Below are positions 1-8,357 of a stretch of DNA of 23,911 bases, one piece after another. The stretch lies in NCBI GenBank assembly GCA_046483495.1, contig JAWODC010000030.1, positions 1 through 23,911 of the forward strand. Direction: 5' to 3'. A program made the translations under genes and the position numbers. The notes beneath the pieces were generated by a model. The model did not search any database, was not told where the DNA came from, and saw only the letters and a list, made by a program, of their open reading frames with translations. How positions within the stretch are numbered: the first letter of the stretch is position 1; each line of letters opens with the position of its first letter. Source of the stretch: Desulfobacterales bacterium. GTDB taxonomy: Bacteria; Desulfobacterota; Desulfobacteria; Desulfobacterales; UBA5616.

Positions 1-126
1 AGTAACTGGTCCACCCCTCCTTGTTAGACAGCAGGAGGCAGAGCATCCCTTTCGCCTTCGCGGAAATGTCGGGGTTGCGAATGACGTTGTTCGGGATGGA
101 TGTAACCGGATACAGGGGAGGTACGA

Positions 127-423
127 ATGAGACATGCAGCTATCCTATGCGCTCTGCTTCTGGTCTCTCTGGCCGGAGCCGAGACACGGGCAGGGCATTC
201 CGGAATGCCGGTGGGAGAGATTCAGAAAAAGCTCAAGATTCCAAACTCCACCCTGTCACATCATCTGAATCATTTAAAGAGGGTGGGGCTGATCCGGCAG
301 GAACGCGAGGGTACCGTTCTGAGGTGCTTTGTGGATTATGAAATAATTTTCGATATCGTACGGTTTCTTACCGAGGAATGCTGTTCGGGGGACCCAATCA
401 AAATTACTGAAAAACCGGTTTAG
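127..423 (+). CDS. arsR: ArsR/SmtB-family regulator, chimeric: first ~20 aa look like a signal peptide replacing the normal ArsR N-terminus (possibly non-functional)
   Basis: From nt 187 the ORF reads RAGHSGMPVGEIQKKLKIPNSTLSHHLNHLKRVGLIRQEREG...FLTEECC, a winged HTH with the C-terminal CC typical of AfArsR-type As(III) sensors. It lies directly upstream of arsM. The N-terminus MRHAAILCALLLVSLAGAET is not ArsR-like. RBS GGGGAGG lies upstream of ATG 127. Confidence 0.8.
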   Translation: MRHAAILCALLLVSLAGAETRAGHSGMPVGEIQKKLKIPNSTLSHHLNHLKRVGLIRQEREGTVLRCFVDYEIIFDIVRFLTEECCSGDPIKITEKPV

Positions 424-481
424 GGAAAAAATTTTAACTCATATTTCTAAATTACCGGCAAAACAAAAATTGGAGGATTTA

Positions 482-1282
482 ATGCCGTTGAAAAATAACG
501 ATCCTATTCGAAAAGCCGTCCGGGACGCATACGCCAGAGTTGCACCGTCCCAGGATCTGCCGCCTGCAAAAGCAGAAGGCGGTTCCTGCTGCGGAATCCT
601 GGAATCACCGCCTGAAAAAAGTGCCGCCTGCTGCACTGCCGGTCCATCCACCAATACCGGTTCCGGCCTTGGATGCGGCAACCCCATGGCAATCGCCTCG
701 CTCGAGCCCGGCGAAGTCGTCGTGGATCTTGGATGTGGAGGAGGGTTCGACTGTTTCCCGGCGGCTGAAAAGGCAGGGGCATCGGGCAGGGTCATCGGGG
801 TGGATATGACGCCGGATATGATAACGAAGGCCCGGTCCAATTTGCATAAAACCGCGGCAAAGAATATTGAATTCAGGCTGGGTGAGATCGAACATCTGCC
901 CGTTGCGGATAATACTGCGGATGTCATTATTTCAAACTGCGTGATCAATCTCGCCCCTGACAAATCGGCCGTCTACAGGGAAGCCTTCCGGGTACTGAAG
1001 CCGGGCGGAAGGATAGCCGTTGCCGACACCGTGGCGAGGAAACCCCTGCCGGAGGAAATAAAAAAAGATATGGGCTTGTGGAGCTGCTGCATCGGCGGGG
1101 CCATTACGCCTGATGAAACCCGTCGGCTGCTGGAAGAGGCCGGATTCGAGAAGATCCGGATCACCGAAGACACGAGCAGTCGGGAACTCGTTTCAAGCTG
1201 GACTTCCGATTCGAGAAAAGACGACATCGATGTCGTCTCAGCATACATCGAGGGGGTAAAACCCGCAGAAAAAGAGAAGTGA
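482..1282 (+). CDS. arsM: Arsenite S-adenosylmethionine methyltransferase
   Basis: GLGCGNP, SAM motif VDLGCGGGFDCF, VIGVDMT, FRLGEIEHLP, IISNCVINL and WSCCIGGA. Start moved to ATG 482, which follows GGAGG at 472-476. Confidence 0.92.
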   Translation: MPLKNNDPIRKAVRDAYARVAPSQDLPPAKAEGGSCCGILESPPEKSAACCTAGPSTNTGSGLGCGNPMAIASLEPGEVVVDLGCGGGFDCFPAAEKAGASGRVIGVDMTPDMITKARSNLHKTAAKNIEFRLGEIEHLPVADNTADVIISNCVINLAPDKSAVYREAFRVLKPGGRIAVADTVARKPLPEEIKKDMGLWSCCIGGAITPDETRRLLEEAGFEKIRITEDTSSRELVSSWTSDSRKDDIDVVSAYIEGVKPAEKEK

Positions 1283-1386
1283 ACAGCAAATTCACGCGAC
1301 TGAAAAACGAGGCTTTTCTTTTTGTCACGAATAACCCATGCTTTCAAGACAGTTTTGTTCATTTTTAAACAGGGGAGATAACAGAC

Positions 1387-1902
1387 ATGACCATGTCATC
1401 CCGATCCATTAAAATAGAGATTCCCGACAATCCGGAATGGATTGCCCGGGTAAAGGAAAAGGCTTTCACCAATGCCGTTTCCTATGGCTCATGCACGCAG
1501 AGCATCCTGTCGGCATTCATGGATGAGTTCGGAATCGATGACCCCGTTTTGATGCGTTCGGCCGGTGCGATGCATGTCGGTATGCTCACATCCCTGACCT
1601 GCGGCATCCACAGCGCTGCTATGATGATTCTCGGGCTTGTCATGGGCCGCGAAGATCCTGCACAGGGACACGATGGCATTATCCTTATCATGGAGCCGGG
1701 GCAGCTGCTGATGAAGCGGTTGAACCAAAGGCTTGGGGGCCACAACTGCCTCGACCTTACCGGGACGGATTTTACCGACCTCGATCAGGCCATCGCTTTT
1801 CAAGCATCGACGGAGGCTGAAAAATGTCTATACCGAATGAGAGACGGCGCTGAAGAAATCGCTCGATTTTTAGATGATCTGAAAAGAAATAAAGAACTGT
1901 AA
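1387..1902 (+). CDS. C-GCAxxG-C-C family putative redox-active protein
   Basis: Four spaced Cys in family contexts: SCTQSIL, TCGIHSAAMMILG, GGHNCLDLTG, EKC. RBS AGGGGAG upstream. Confidence 0.8.
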   Translation: MTMSSRSIKIEIPDNPEWIARVKEKAFTNAVSYGSCTQSILSAFMDEFGIDDPVLMRSAGAMHVGMLTSLTCGIHSAAMMILGLVMGREDPAQGHDGIILIMEPGQLLMKRLNQRLGGHNCLDLTGTDFTDLDQAIAFQASTEAEKCLYRMRDGAEEIARFLDDLKRNKEL

Positions 1903-1983
1903 CTTCCAATCACAATAGTCCTCGATATTATTGCAAATGTTTAAATGTTGAGAATGTCCCCACGCTCCTCTCCCTTTATTGGC

Positions 1984-2012
1984 TTGACAAAGCGTCTGTC
2001 CTTGTATATAGG
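1984..2012 (+). promoter_or_regulatory. Possible sigma70 promoter for the outer-membrane protein gene
   Basis: Perfect TTGACA at 1984-1989 and a TATATA/TATAGG element 15-17 nt downstream, in an AT-rich intergenic region. The -10 element is imperfect. Confidence 0.35.
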
Positions 2013-2253
2013 AATCCCTCCTAAATTATAAAATGTGCGAAATGCTTGAAATGGACAAATTTAAAGCGATCATCGGTTGCAGGCGCATTTATGATGCAAA
2101 AGAAAGGTCCAATCCCCCCCGATCCTCTTATTATATTGAGTTTTAATGACCGGCAGGCGATTCGATTGATGCACGGGCTCTGCCAAAGAGTTGTGTAGTG
2201 TTCACATTGGCTGCCAAACTACAAATTGAGCTGAATGCGAAAGGAGATTACAG

Positions 2254-3114
2254 ATGAAGAGAGCGATTATGGTATCTATGGCATTGCTTCTGTTGCTGCC
2301 GATTACTTCTTATGCCGCAAGCATCGGAGGCGCGGAAACGTCAGGGCAAGGAAAATTCAGGACTACTGTGGACGTCGAGTTTGGCTTCGACCGGGATCTC
2401 GATTTGGACAGTGCCACCCAAAAAGGGTATTATAACGGGGTTCTTAAGAAATTTAGAGATTACGAGGACAATGCAAAATTCGACGGTGCCGAAATCAGCG
2501 AAATGAATCGCGTAATGGTTAAATTGAGCTACGGAATTTTGGATTTTCTCGATGTATATGCGAGGATCGGATATGCTTCCTATGAGAGTGAAGCGGACTT
2601 CCTGCCGGTTGAGCAAATCATTTTAATGGAGACTATGCCGGAAGCGGAAGAGGTTACTTATGGATTCGAAGGAGATTCGCCGGTTTGGGGCTTAGGTCTC
2701 AAGGGCGCCTACGACCTGGGAAATTACTGGTTGGTAGGAGCCGATCTTCAGTACCTTTCGCAGAGAGGCGAAAATACATCTAAGAGGAATGATTTCGATG
2801 TTGAAACCTTTACGCAGGAAACAAAGATCGAAGAATGGCACATTGCGCCTTACGCAGGCAGGAAAATGGGGAATTTCATTGCCTATGCCGGCGTAAAATA
2901 TAGTGAATTCAAAATGGAAAATGAAATGACCTTCAAGGATGAAAAGACTTTTGACGTTTACAAAGAAAAAGAGACCGTAAAACTGGAAGCTGATGACAAT
3001 GTTGGTGTCTTCCTCGGTCTTGACTACAACCTGGCAAACCGCTTTTCCTTCAACATCGAAGGAAGGTTCGTTGACGAATCGGCAATGAGCATTGGCGCCA
3101 CCTACAACTTTTAA
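2254..3114 (+). CDS. Outer-membrane beta-barrel protein (porin-like)
   Basis: Sec signal peptide (MKRAIMVSMALLLLLPITSYA), amphipathic beta-strand pattern, C-terminal BAM signal SIGATYNF, RBS AAAGGAGA. Confidence 0.85.
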   Translation: MKRAIMVSMALLLLLPITSYAASIGGAETSGQGKFRTTVDVEFGFDRDLDLDSATQKGYYNGVLKKFRDYEDNAKFDGAEISEMNRVMVKLSYGILDFLDVYARIGYASYESEADFLPVEQIILMETMPEAEEVTYGFEGDSPVWGLGLKGAYDLGNYWLVGADLQYLSQRGENTSKRNDFDVETFTQETKIEEWHIAPYAGRKMGNFIAYAGVKYSEFKMENEMTFKDEKTFDVYKEKETVKLEADDNVGVFLGLDYNLANRFSFNIEGRFVDESAMSIGATYNF

Positions 3115-3160
3115 GTCGCGGGTTCGGTGCGTAAAGCCTGTAATTATTTGTCAATCAGTG

Positions 3161-3197
3161 CAGAATAACCGTCCACGCCCGGCGTGGGCGGTTTCTG
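3161..3197 (+). terminator. GC-rich hairpin after the OMP gene (intrinsic terminator or REP-like palindrome)
   Basis: AACCGTCCACGCC-C-GGCGTGGGCGGTT inverted repeat (one G-U pair) flanked by CAGAA/TTCTG and followed by T-rich sequence. Confidence 0.6.
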
Positions 3198-3328
3198 TAT
3201 TAGTTTCAGTCCGAAATTCTGTTTGCGAATCACAGTTGCATCAGCAAGGCAAGGCTTATCAGCTTCCAGCACATAACCATGATTTTTAAGCACTCTGTGG
3301 GTGTCAGTTTGAAAGCAAAGGCGGTAAA

Positions 3329-5272
3329 ATGACCTTTCGTCCATTGCGGTTTCCTGTTGTTTGTTCCCGGCATTTGGTTTGTTCGGTGTTTTTTGCTGTT
3401 TCTGTTTTGCTCGCTTTCTCCGGCTGTGACGGCGGCGGCAGCGGCGGCGGCAGCCCGACCCCGGTCGAGGCGGAACCGTTGGTCGTCAATAGTCTACAGG
3501 ATGTGGAAGATCCTGCGGATGAGGAGATGACGCTGCGTGCCGCATTGCAGCAGGTGCCCGCCGGGGGAACCATCATCTTCGACCCCGCCCTGAACGGCTG
3601 CACGATCGAGCTCGTATTGGTCGGCGAGGAAAATTCCGTGCTCAAGGGAGAGCTGTTCGAGCAGGGTCGGTTTGCCGGATACCAGGAACGAAACTACGGT
3701 CCCTCCGCCCTTTATGCACGGAAAAGTGTGACCATCGACGCATCCGACCTTCCCGACGGCATACGACTTGAATGGACCGGCGGTGCAGCAGAACCCGCTC
3801 GTGTTCTGGCGGTGTACGGTGATCTGACCTTACGCAACGTGACCATCACAGGCGGATATTCGGTCGGATTGGAAATCTATGACGATCCCGTTCAACCCTA
3901 TACTCTGGCACGCGGCGGCGGTGTGGCCGTGTGGGGGCACGCCGTATTGCAGGATTGCACAATATTCGGAAACACCTTGATCGGTGATATCGATCCCGGT
4001 CGTGACCGCGGCGCTTTTGGGGGAGGTGTTTATGCCGATCTGCTCACGGTCAGGGACAGTGTTGTCAGCGGCAACCGGGTCTCCGGGTACGGCGCAGCCG
4101 GCGGCGGGGTGTATACAGTAGGTGGTGCAGGATTCACATATGGCGACACGACCATCTGCCGAACCGCGGTGACGGGAAACCGGATCTCCGGTCTGCACAC
4201 GTATGGCGGGGGAATTTACAGTGATGGAGGCGGCAGAGGCAAGGCAAAGAAGCTGATTCTCGAGAATTGTACCGTAGCCCGCAATGTGGTCGAACACAAC
4301 GTGTCGATAGAAATCCCCGAAACACTCGAACCATGGTTTCAATTCTACTTCCGCGGCGGTGGTGTTTACATGTCCAACGGCAGCATGTGGTTGACAAGCT
4401 GCACAATCGCAGAAAACGATGTCACCGGAAGAGCGCATGTGTTCAATAACAAGCCCAACATGGGCGGCGGAGGTATCGCCGCCACCATCGGCAATGCTCA
4501 TGATGTGGAGGAAATCCGGCTGCGCCACTCCATAGTGGTCGGCAATACGCTCAATGGCGTCTCCGAGGATGTTTTCACGGGCTCCCTTATGCATTTTTAC
4601 AGCCAGGGCTACAATCTTGTCGGCAACATTGACTTTAATCAGATTCTGGTGCCTGTTCCGTACTGGAATTCACTCAGCCGCAGGCATTGGCCCAAGGAGG
4701 GAGACCATGCAGGGGCGGCACCCGAAAACGTTCTGGCGAACGTCGTTCGACATGATTCCATCCTGTCGGCCGGAACGGATGAAGGCGATTATGCCATACT
4801 CTGGTACGAAGTCAAAGGAGGCGCTCTGGATGTTATTCCCAATGAAATCTACGTCGTCCGGCATGTCCATGGACAGAAGCGGTCCTCTCTATTCGATGAG
4901 ATTAGTTATGACACCTTGCAGGCAGATATACTGGAGTCTCTTGCGAATCGACTGGGAGAAGCTTTCCAGCCGAATATCGGGGAGGATCTGATCAATGCCG
5001 ATTTTTATCCGGAGCCGGAAATTTGGCCGACTCTCCCGGAGAACGCGAATTGGATCGAATTCTGGAGAGAACTGGATATCGCAGTCGGGGACCAGCTGGG
5101 AGAGGCCGGTATTGCCGATGCGTTCTGGGAAGATTTTATCGACAGCAAAGCGTACCTTCAGAAATCGATCTATAGCGATACGGTCTATCTCATTTCAGAC
5201 GATCAACGCGGTGTTTCCAGGCCCGAGTACTATTATGGCGACATCGGAGCCGTGGAAGTCGGCGGATTGTAG
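3329..5272 (+). CDS. Surface lipoprotein with right-handed beta-helix (pectin-lyase-like / Pmp-like GGG repeats) and choice-of-anchor-Q-like C-terminus
   Basis: Lipobox FSGC followed by a GGGSGGGS linker. VVNSLQD...TLRAAL resembles the CSLREA motif. Repeated GGGV/GGGI motifs with xxGN/xxEN ladders. C-terminal DQRGVSRP...GDIGAVE. Confidence 0.75.
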   Translation: MTFRPLRFPVVCSRHLVCSVFFAVSVLLAFSGCDGGGSGGGSPTPVEAEPLVVNSLQDVEDPADEEMTLRAALQQVPAGGTIIFDPALNGCTIELVLVGEENSVLKGELFEQGRFAGYQERNYGPSALYARKSVTIDASDLPDGIRLEWTGGAAEPARVLAVYGDLTLRNVTITGGYSVGLEIYDDPVQPYTLARGGGVAVWGHAVLQDCTIFGNTLIGDIDPGRDRGAFGGGVYADLLTVRDSVVSGNRVSGYGAAGGGVYTVGGAGFTYGDTTICRTAVTGNRISGLHTYGGGIYSDGGGRGKAKKLILENCTVARNVVEHNVSIEIPETLEPWFQFYFRGGGVYMSNGSMWLTSCTIAENDVTGRAHVFNNKPNMGGGGIAATIGNAHDVEEIRLRHSIVVGNTLNGVSEDVFTGSLMHFYSQGYNLVGNIDFNQILVPVPYWNSLSRRHWPKEGDHAGAAPENVLANVVRHDSILSAGTDEGDYAILWYEVKGGALDVIPNEIYVVRHVHGQKRSSLFDEISYDTLQADILESLANRLGEAFQPNIGEDLINADFYPEPEIWPTLPENANWIEFWRELDIAVGDQLGEAGIADAFWEDFIDSKAYLQKSIYSDTVYLISDDQRGVSRPEYYYGDIGAVEVGGL

Positions 5273-5289
5273 TTGGCGACAGTTTGAGA

Positions 5290-5317
5290 GATTCAGGGGA
5301 CGAGGATTCAGGGGACG
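5290..5317 (+). repeat. Short direct repeat GATTCAGGGGACG x2 (15-nt period)
   Basis: Identical 13-mers at 5290-5302 and 5305-5317. Confidence 0.7.
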
Positions 5318-5520
5318 TTCGTGCAGAAAGTGCAGAGGATTTGAATGCAGTTTTTCCATATTAACCCATCTTAATCGGGTTACTCTCAGGGGAACAAGGT
5401 TGTTATCGTCAACAGCATTCCCATATGGCAAAACGGCGTGTATAAAAAGCCTGAATGGCCCGGCGAGGTGATCTGTTCCTGAGTGATGGTAATAATACCA
5501 CCGTTAGCCGAACTAAAACG

Positions 5521-6441
5521 ATGCCTTACCAAAACCACATCTGGTTCTTGTCCGTCGGCTTTATTTTGCTGTGGAACTCTGGATTCATCGGTGCGGAATA
5601 CGCCCTTCCATACACGGAGCCTCTTACCTTGCTGTTCTGGCGGTACTGGTTATTGGCATTTATTCTTTTTGCGTACCTTGTCCTGCGCCGCCGATTGGAA
5701 TGGCCGGGGTTAAATGCTGTTTTGATAGCCTTATTGGTCGGTATTCTGGCTCATGGCATCTGGTTGGGATGTGTATTTTTTTCGTTGCAGTACGGCGTTC
5801 CCGCAGGCATTGTTGCCATGGTTGTTGCGCTGCAGCCAATGACAACAGGCGCCTTATCCGGGCTGGTAGTCGGAGAACGGACGCCTCTTGCCCGCTGGGC
5901 AGGCTTGCTGATCGGTTTGGCTGGTGTCATGATAGCGGTTCTGGCCAGAACTGAATTAACCGATGTGGGCTCCGTATTTGCTTATTTCATCCCCTTTGGT
6001 TCGGTGGCGGCGATCACGGGCGCCAGTTTGATTCAGCGCCGGTTGCAAGTGCAAAGACATGATTATCGTTTAGCCGTGGACCTTGGGCTTTTTTATCAAT
6101 GCCTTGGCACGGCGCTGGCCGTCACTATTCCTGCTTTTTATTTTGAACACCTGGCGACCGAATGGAAGCCCTTATTTGTGGGGGCTCTGTTATGGCTGAT
6201 TCTGGGCGTATCCCTGATGGCATACGCTTTAATGTGGCTTTTGATCGAACGAATTGACGCTACAAGGGTGGCGAGCCTGTTTTATTTCGGTCCACCTGTA
6301 ACAATGCTGATGGCCTGGGCGGCATTCGGTGACCGTCTCCTGGCAACGGACCTGGTAGGCTTGGGAGTCATTGCTGCAGGTGTTGCAATAACTCAAATGA
6401 AAATAGACGCCCGTCCGCCGGGCCGAGACATAACCGGCTGA
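5521..6441 (+). CDS. EamA/DMT-family transporter
   Basis: About 10 TM helices; motifs LLWNSGFIG, LFWRY, ALQP and RVASLFYFGPP. Start chosen at ATG 5521, where the family-like sequence begins. Confidence 0.9.
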   Translation: MPYQNHIWFLSVGFILLWNSGFIGAEYALPYTEPLTLLFWRYWLLAFILFAYLVLRRRLEWPGLNAVLIALLVGILAHGIWLGCVFFSLQYGVPAGIVAMVVALQPMTTGALSGLVVGERTPLARWAGLLIGLAGVMIAVLARTELTDVGSVFAYFIPFGSVAAITGASLIQRRLQVQRHDYRLAVDLGLFYQCLGTALAVTIPAFYFEHLATEWKPLFVGALLWLILGVSLMAYALMWLLIERIDATRVASLFYFGPPVTMLMAWAAFGDRLLATDLVGLGVIAAGVAITQMKIDARPPGRDITG

Positions 6442-6442
6442 T

Positions 6443-6473
6443 CCGATCCTGGTTCCGATGCCGGAAGATCGGG
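6443..6473. terminator. Hairpin between convergent genes
   Basis: CCGATC...TTCCG-ATGC-CGGAA-GATCGG just after the EamA stop. A purine-rich run follows it, which is pyrimidine-rich on the minus strand. Confidence 0.4.
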
Positions 6474-6547
6474 ATAAGAAGAGAAATGAAGAGAAGTATA
6501 ACCGATTACATTTGCTTTATAACGGTTTGAGAAGAAAGCACATATAG

Positions 6548-7009
6548 TCAGAACTCATTTTTTTTGGCTCTAATCCGATTCAATGTATCTTGATATGATG
6601 CAGAATTATCCCGGGGCGCCAACTCTAATCCTTTCAAAGCGAGCGATTCGGCTTTGTTCAGATTTCTGTTTTCTATCAAGTACAACCAGGCCAGATTGTT
6701 ATAGACACGGGGGTCCTGGGGCAGCCTTTCAATGGCAATCGTGTAGTGCCGCTCAGCCTTCCGATAATCATCCTGCATAAAATAAACATTCCCCAAATAG
6801 TAATGAGCTTCCGGAAATCGATGCGAAGCTGCTTCGTATTCCCTTATGGCTGCCGCGTATTCCTTTTTCAGTTCATAGGCTTTTGCCAATTGTAAATGTT
6901 CCTCGGGTGTCAAGGGATCCTGATGCGATTGAATATAGGGCAGGGAACATCCCCACTGCAATAGCGATGATAATGCGAAAACAATCAGTATCTTTTTATT
7001 CATGTGCAT
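6548..7009 (-). CDS. Tetratricopeptide-repeat lipoprotein
   Basis: Lipobox QWGC; TPR helices HLQLAKAYE, AHYYLGNVYF, VYNNLAWLY and YQDTL. Confidence 0.85.
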   Translation of the reverse strand: MHMNKKILIVFALSSLLQWGCSLPYIQSHQDPLTPEEHLQLAKAYELKKEYAAAIREYEAASHRFPEAHYYLGNVYFMQDDYRKAERHYTIAIERLPQDPRVYNNLAWLYLIENRNLNKAESLALKGLELAPRDNSASYQDTLNRIRAKKNEF

Positions 7010-7594
7010 TTATCCCGCCTGTTCTTCCATTGGAGCTTCAGGGCTGACCAGAAGGGACCAAAACTGTGTCTTTTCCCACTGATACAGGAAGAGGCGGTTG
7101 GGTATGATCTGGTGGCGGCTCTTCCCGGAGTTGACAATTATTCCATCAGGTGAAAATCCCGTAATCACCATAAAGTGATAAGATTTGAGGAAACCCACCC
7201 CCTTGTCCACCATCACTAGCAGCGGTATGCCTGCTGATATCGTTTGATGTATGTCATCGATGCTTCCGGTGTACCACCGGGAATGAAAACCGCGCTTTCG
7301 GGCAAAAAGCACGATATCCAGGGATACGGTACCCCGAATATCTTTTCGATAAATCGCATCTGAAATCTCTTCGGGCGATACTTTATCACCGAAAAAGTTG
7401 AGTATTCCCGCAAGGGATGCCGGACCGCATTGATAACGGTTCTGAGCGAAAAAGGGCACGTTATCGATAACAACCGAATGATTCAATTCTCCGTTGGTTA
7501 ATGTGGTGCTCCTCGATGCACAGCCTGCAAAAAGCATGGCGCCGAATATCACGATTAACAGTATCCGGGCTGCAGGGATTTTTTTCAAGTCCAT
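7010..7594 (-). CDS. Peptidase C39-like (PA2778-family) cysteine peptidase lipoprotein
   Basis: Lipobox FAGC; VPFFAQ..YQCGPASLA (catalytic Cys), YHFMVITG (His) and VNSG. Start uncertain (7594, 7615 or 7624). Confidence 0.85.
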   Translation of the reverse strand: MDLKKIPAARILLIVIFGAMLFAGCASRSTTLTNGELNHSVVIDNVPFFAQNRYQCGPASLAGILNFFGDKVSPEEISDAIYRKDIRGTVSLDIVLFARKRGFHSRWYTGSIDDIHQTISAGIPLLVMVDKGVGFLKSYHFMVITGFSPDGIIVNSGKSRHQIIPNRLFLYQWEKTQFWSLLVSPEAPMEEQAG

Positions 7595-7624
7595 TATTTG
7601 CCTGCTTCTAAACATGATCCGCAA

Positions 7625-7999
7625 TTATGTCAGCCTCAAAATGACAATTACCAGAATAACGATTACCAAAACAGATATGACAAATCCGAATACTCCGCCC
7701 TGGTTTACCGCGTCTATCCCGACCGCGAGTTGATGAATTTCCTCTTCGGTCAACTGGTCCAGGCGTTCTTGAATTTCCTGGTCCGAATAGCCCAGATCAT
7801 TCAGGCGCTGCTTTACAATCTTATTTTCTAACGCCTCAGTAACGGTTTCAAGATCCTGGTCGATCGTTGACTGCGTGTGTGATGCCGCAGAGGGGATAAA
7901 ACTTGCCTCTGTAGCAGGAACCATCCCGAGAATCGTCATTAGAACAATGAGCAGAAATGTTGTATTTTTTGCAAGACTGCTGTGCTTCAATGCATTCAT
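7625..7999 (-). CDS. PA2779-family exported protein with C-terminal GG + transmembrane helix
   Basis: Signal peptide ending TEA; core VKQRLNDLGYSDQEIQERLDQLTEEEIHQLA; tail QGG-VFGFVISVLVIVILVIVILRLT; RBS AAGGAGG; adjacent to a C39-like peptidase. Confidence 0.85.
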   Translation of the reverse strand: MNALKHSSLAKNTTFLLIVLMTILGMVPATEASFIPSAASHTQSTIDQDLETVTEALENKIVKQRLNDLGYSDQEIQERLDQLTEEEIHQLAVGIDAVNQGGVFGFVISVLVIVILVIVILRLT

Positions 8000-8088
8000 G
8001 TTTTCCTCCTTTTGTAAATAGTGACTTCAAATATGCAGCGTATCCAAAGCCACTCAGACTATATCTTTTAACCAAATAAGGATCTGAA

Positions 8089-8277
8089 TCACCTGTCAGT
8101 AGCATCCTCTACTTCGTCTCCAAACTCTTCAATTGACTCATCGATTTCTTCACCAGCCCTTTCCGCCGGCCCCTCTCTTTCACAGGACGACAGGCCGATG
8201 GAAACAAACACGAGGAAAGCTGCCATCAATGATTTAACAATGTTTATAAATCTTCCTTCAAAAATTTTCTGCAGCAT
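8089..8277 (-). CDS. Small acidic lipoprotein ([12 protein letters not shown] type)
   Basis: Hydrophobic stretch, lipobox LSSC, then [38 protein letters not shown]. Confidence 0.75.
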   Translation of the reverse strand: MLQKIFEGRFINIVKSLMAAFLVFVSIGLSSCEREGPAERAGEEIDESIEEFGDEVEDATDR

Positions 8278-8357
8278 GTTCCGCTCTCCTTACTTTGATG
8301 TGATTTTTCAATTTGAGGATTAAAACTATATGCGGCCGAAAAACCATAGTAGGGTTT

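Noticed and set aside
40..90. REP-like hairpin upstream of the arsR chimera
   Set aside because: Only a weak imperfect stem (GCATCCC/GGGTTGC), single copy in the window.
2040..2250. Possible riboswitch (e.g. c-di-GMP-I) in the long OMP leader; GGCAG...CTGCC stem and GGCTGCC
   Set aside because: The diagnostic GGCAAA / GNRA-loop / GCAAAG elements were not found; an Rfam search would be needed.
3430..3453. (GGC)3AGC x2 as a phase-variable repeat
   Set aside because: In-frame trinucleotide repeat encoding an ordinary GGGSGGGS lipoprotein linker.
3830..4594. 254-aa minus-strand ORF
   Set aside because: Antisense to the beta-helix lipoprotein; no independent coding signal.
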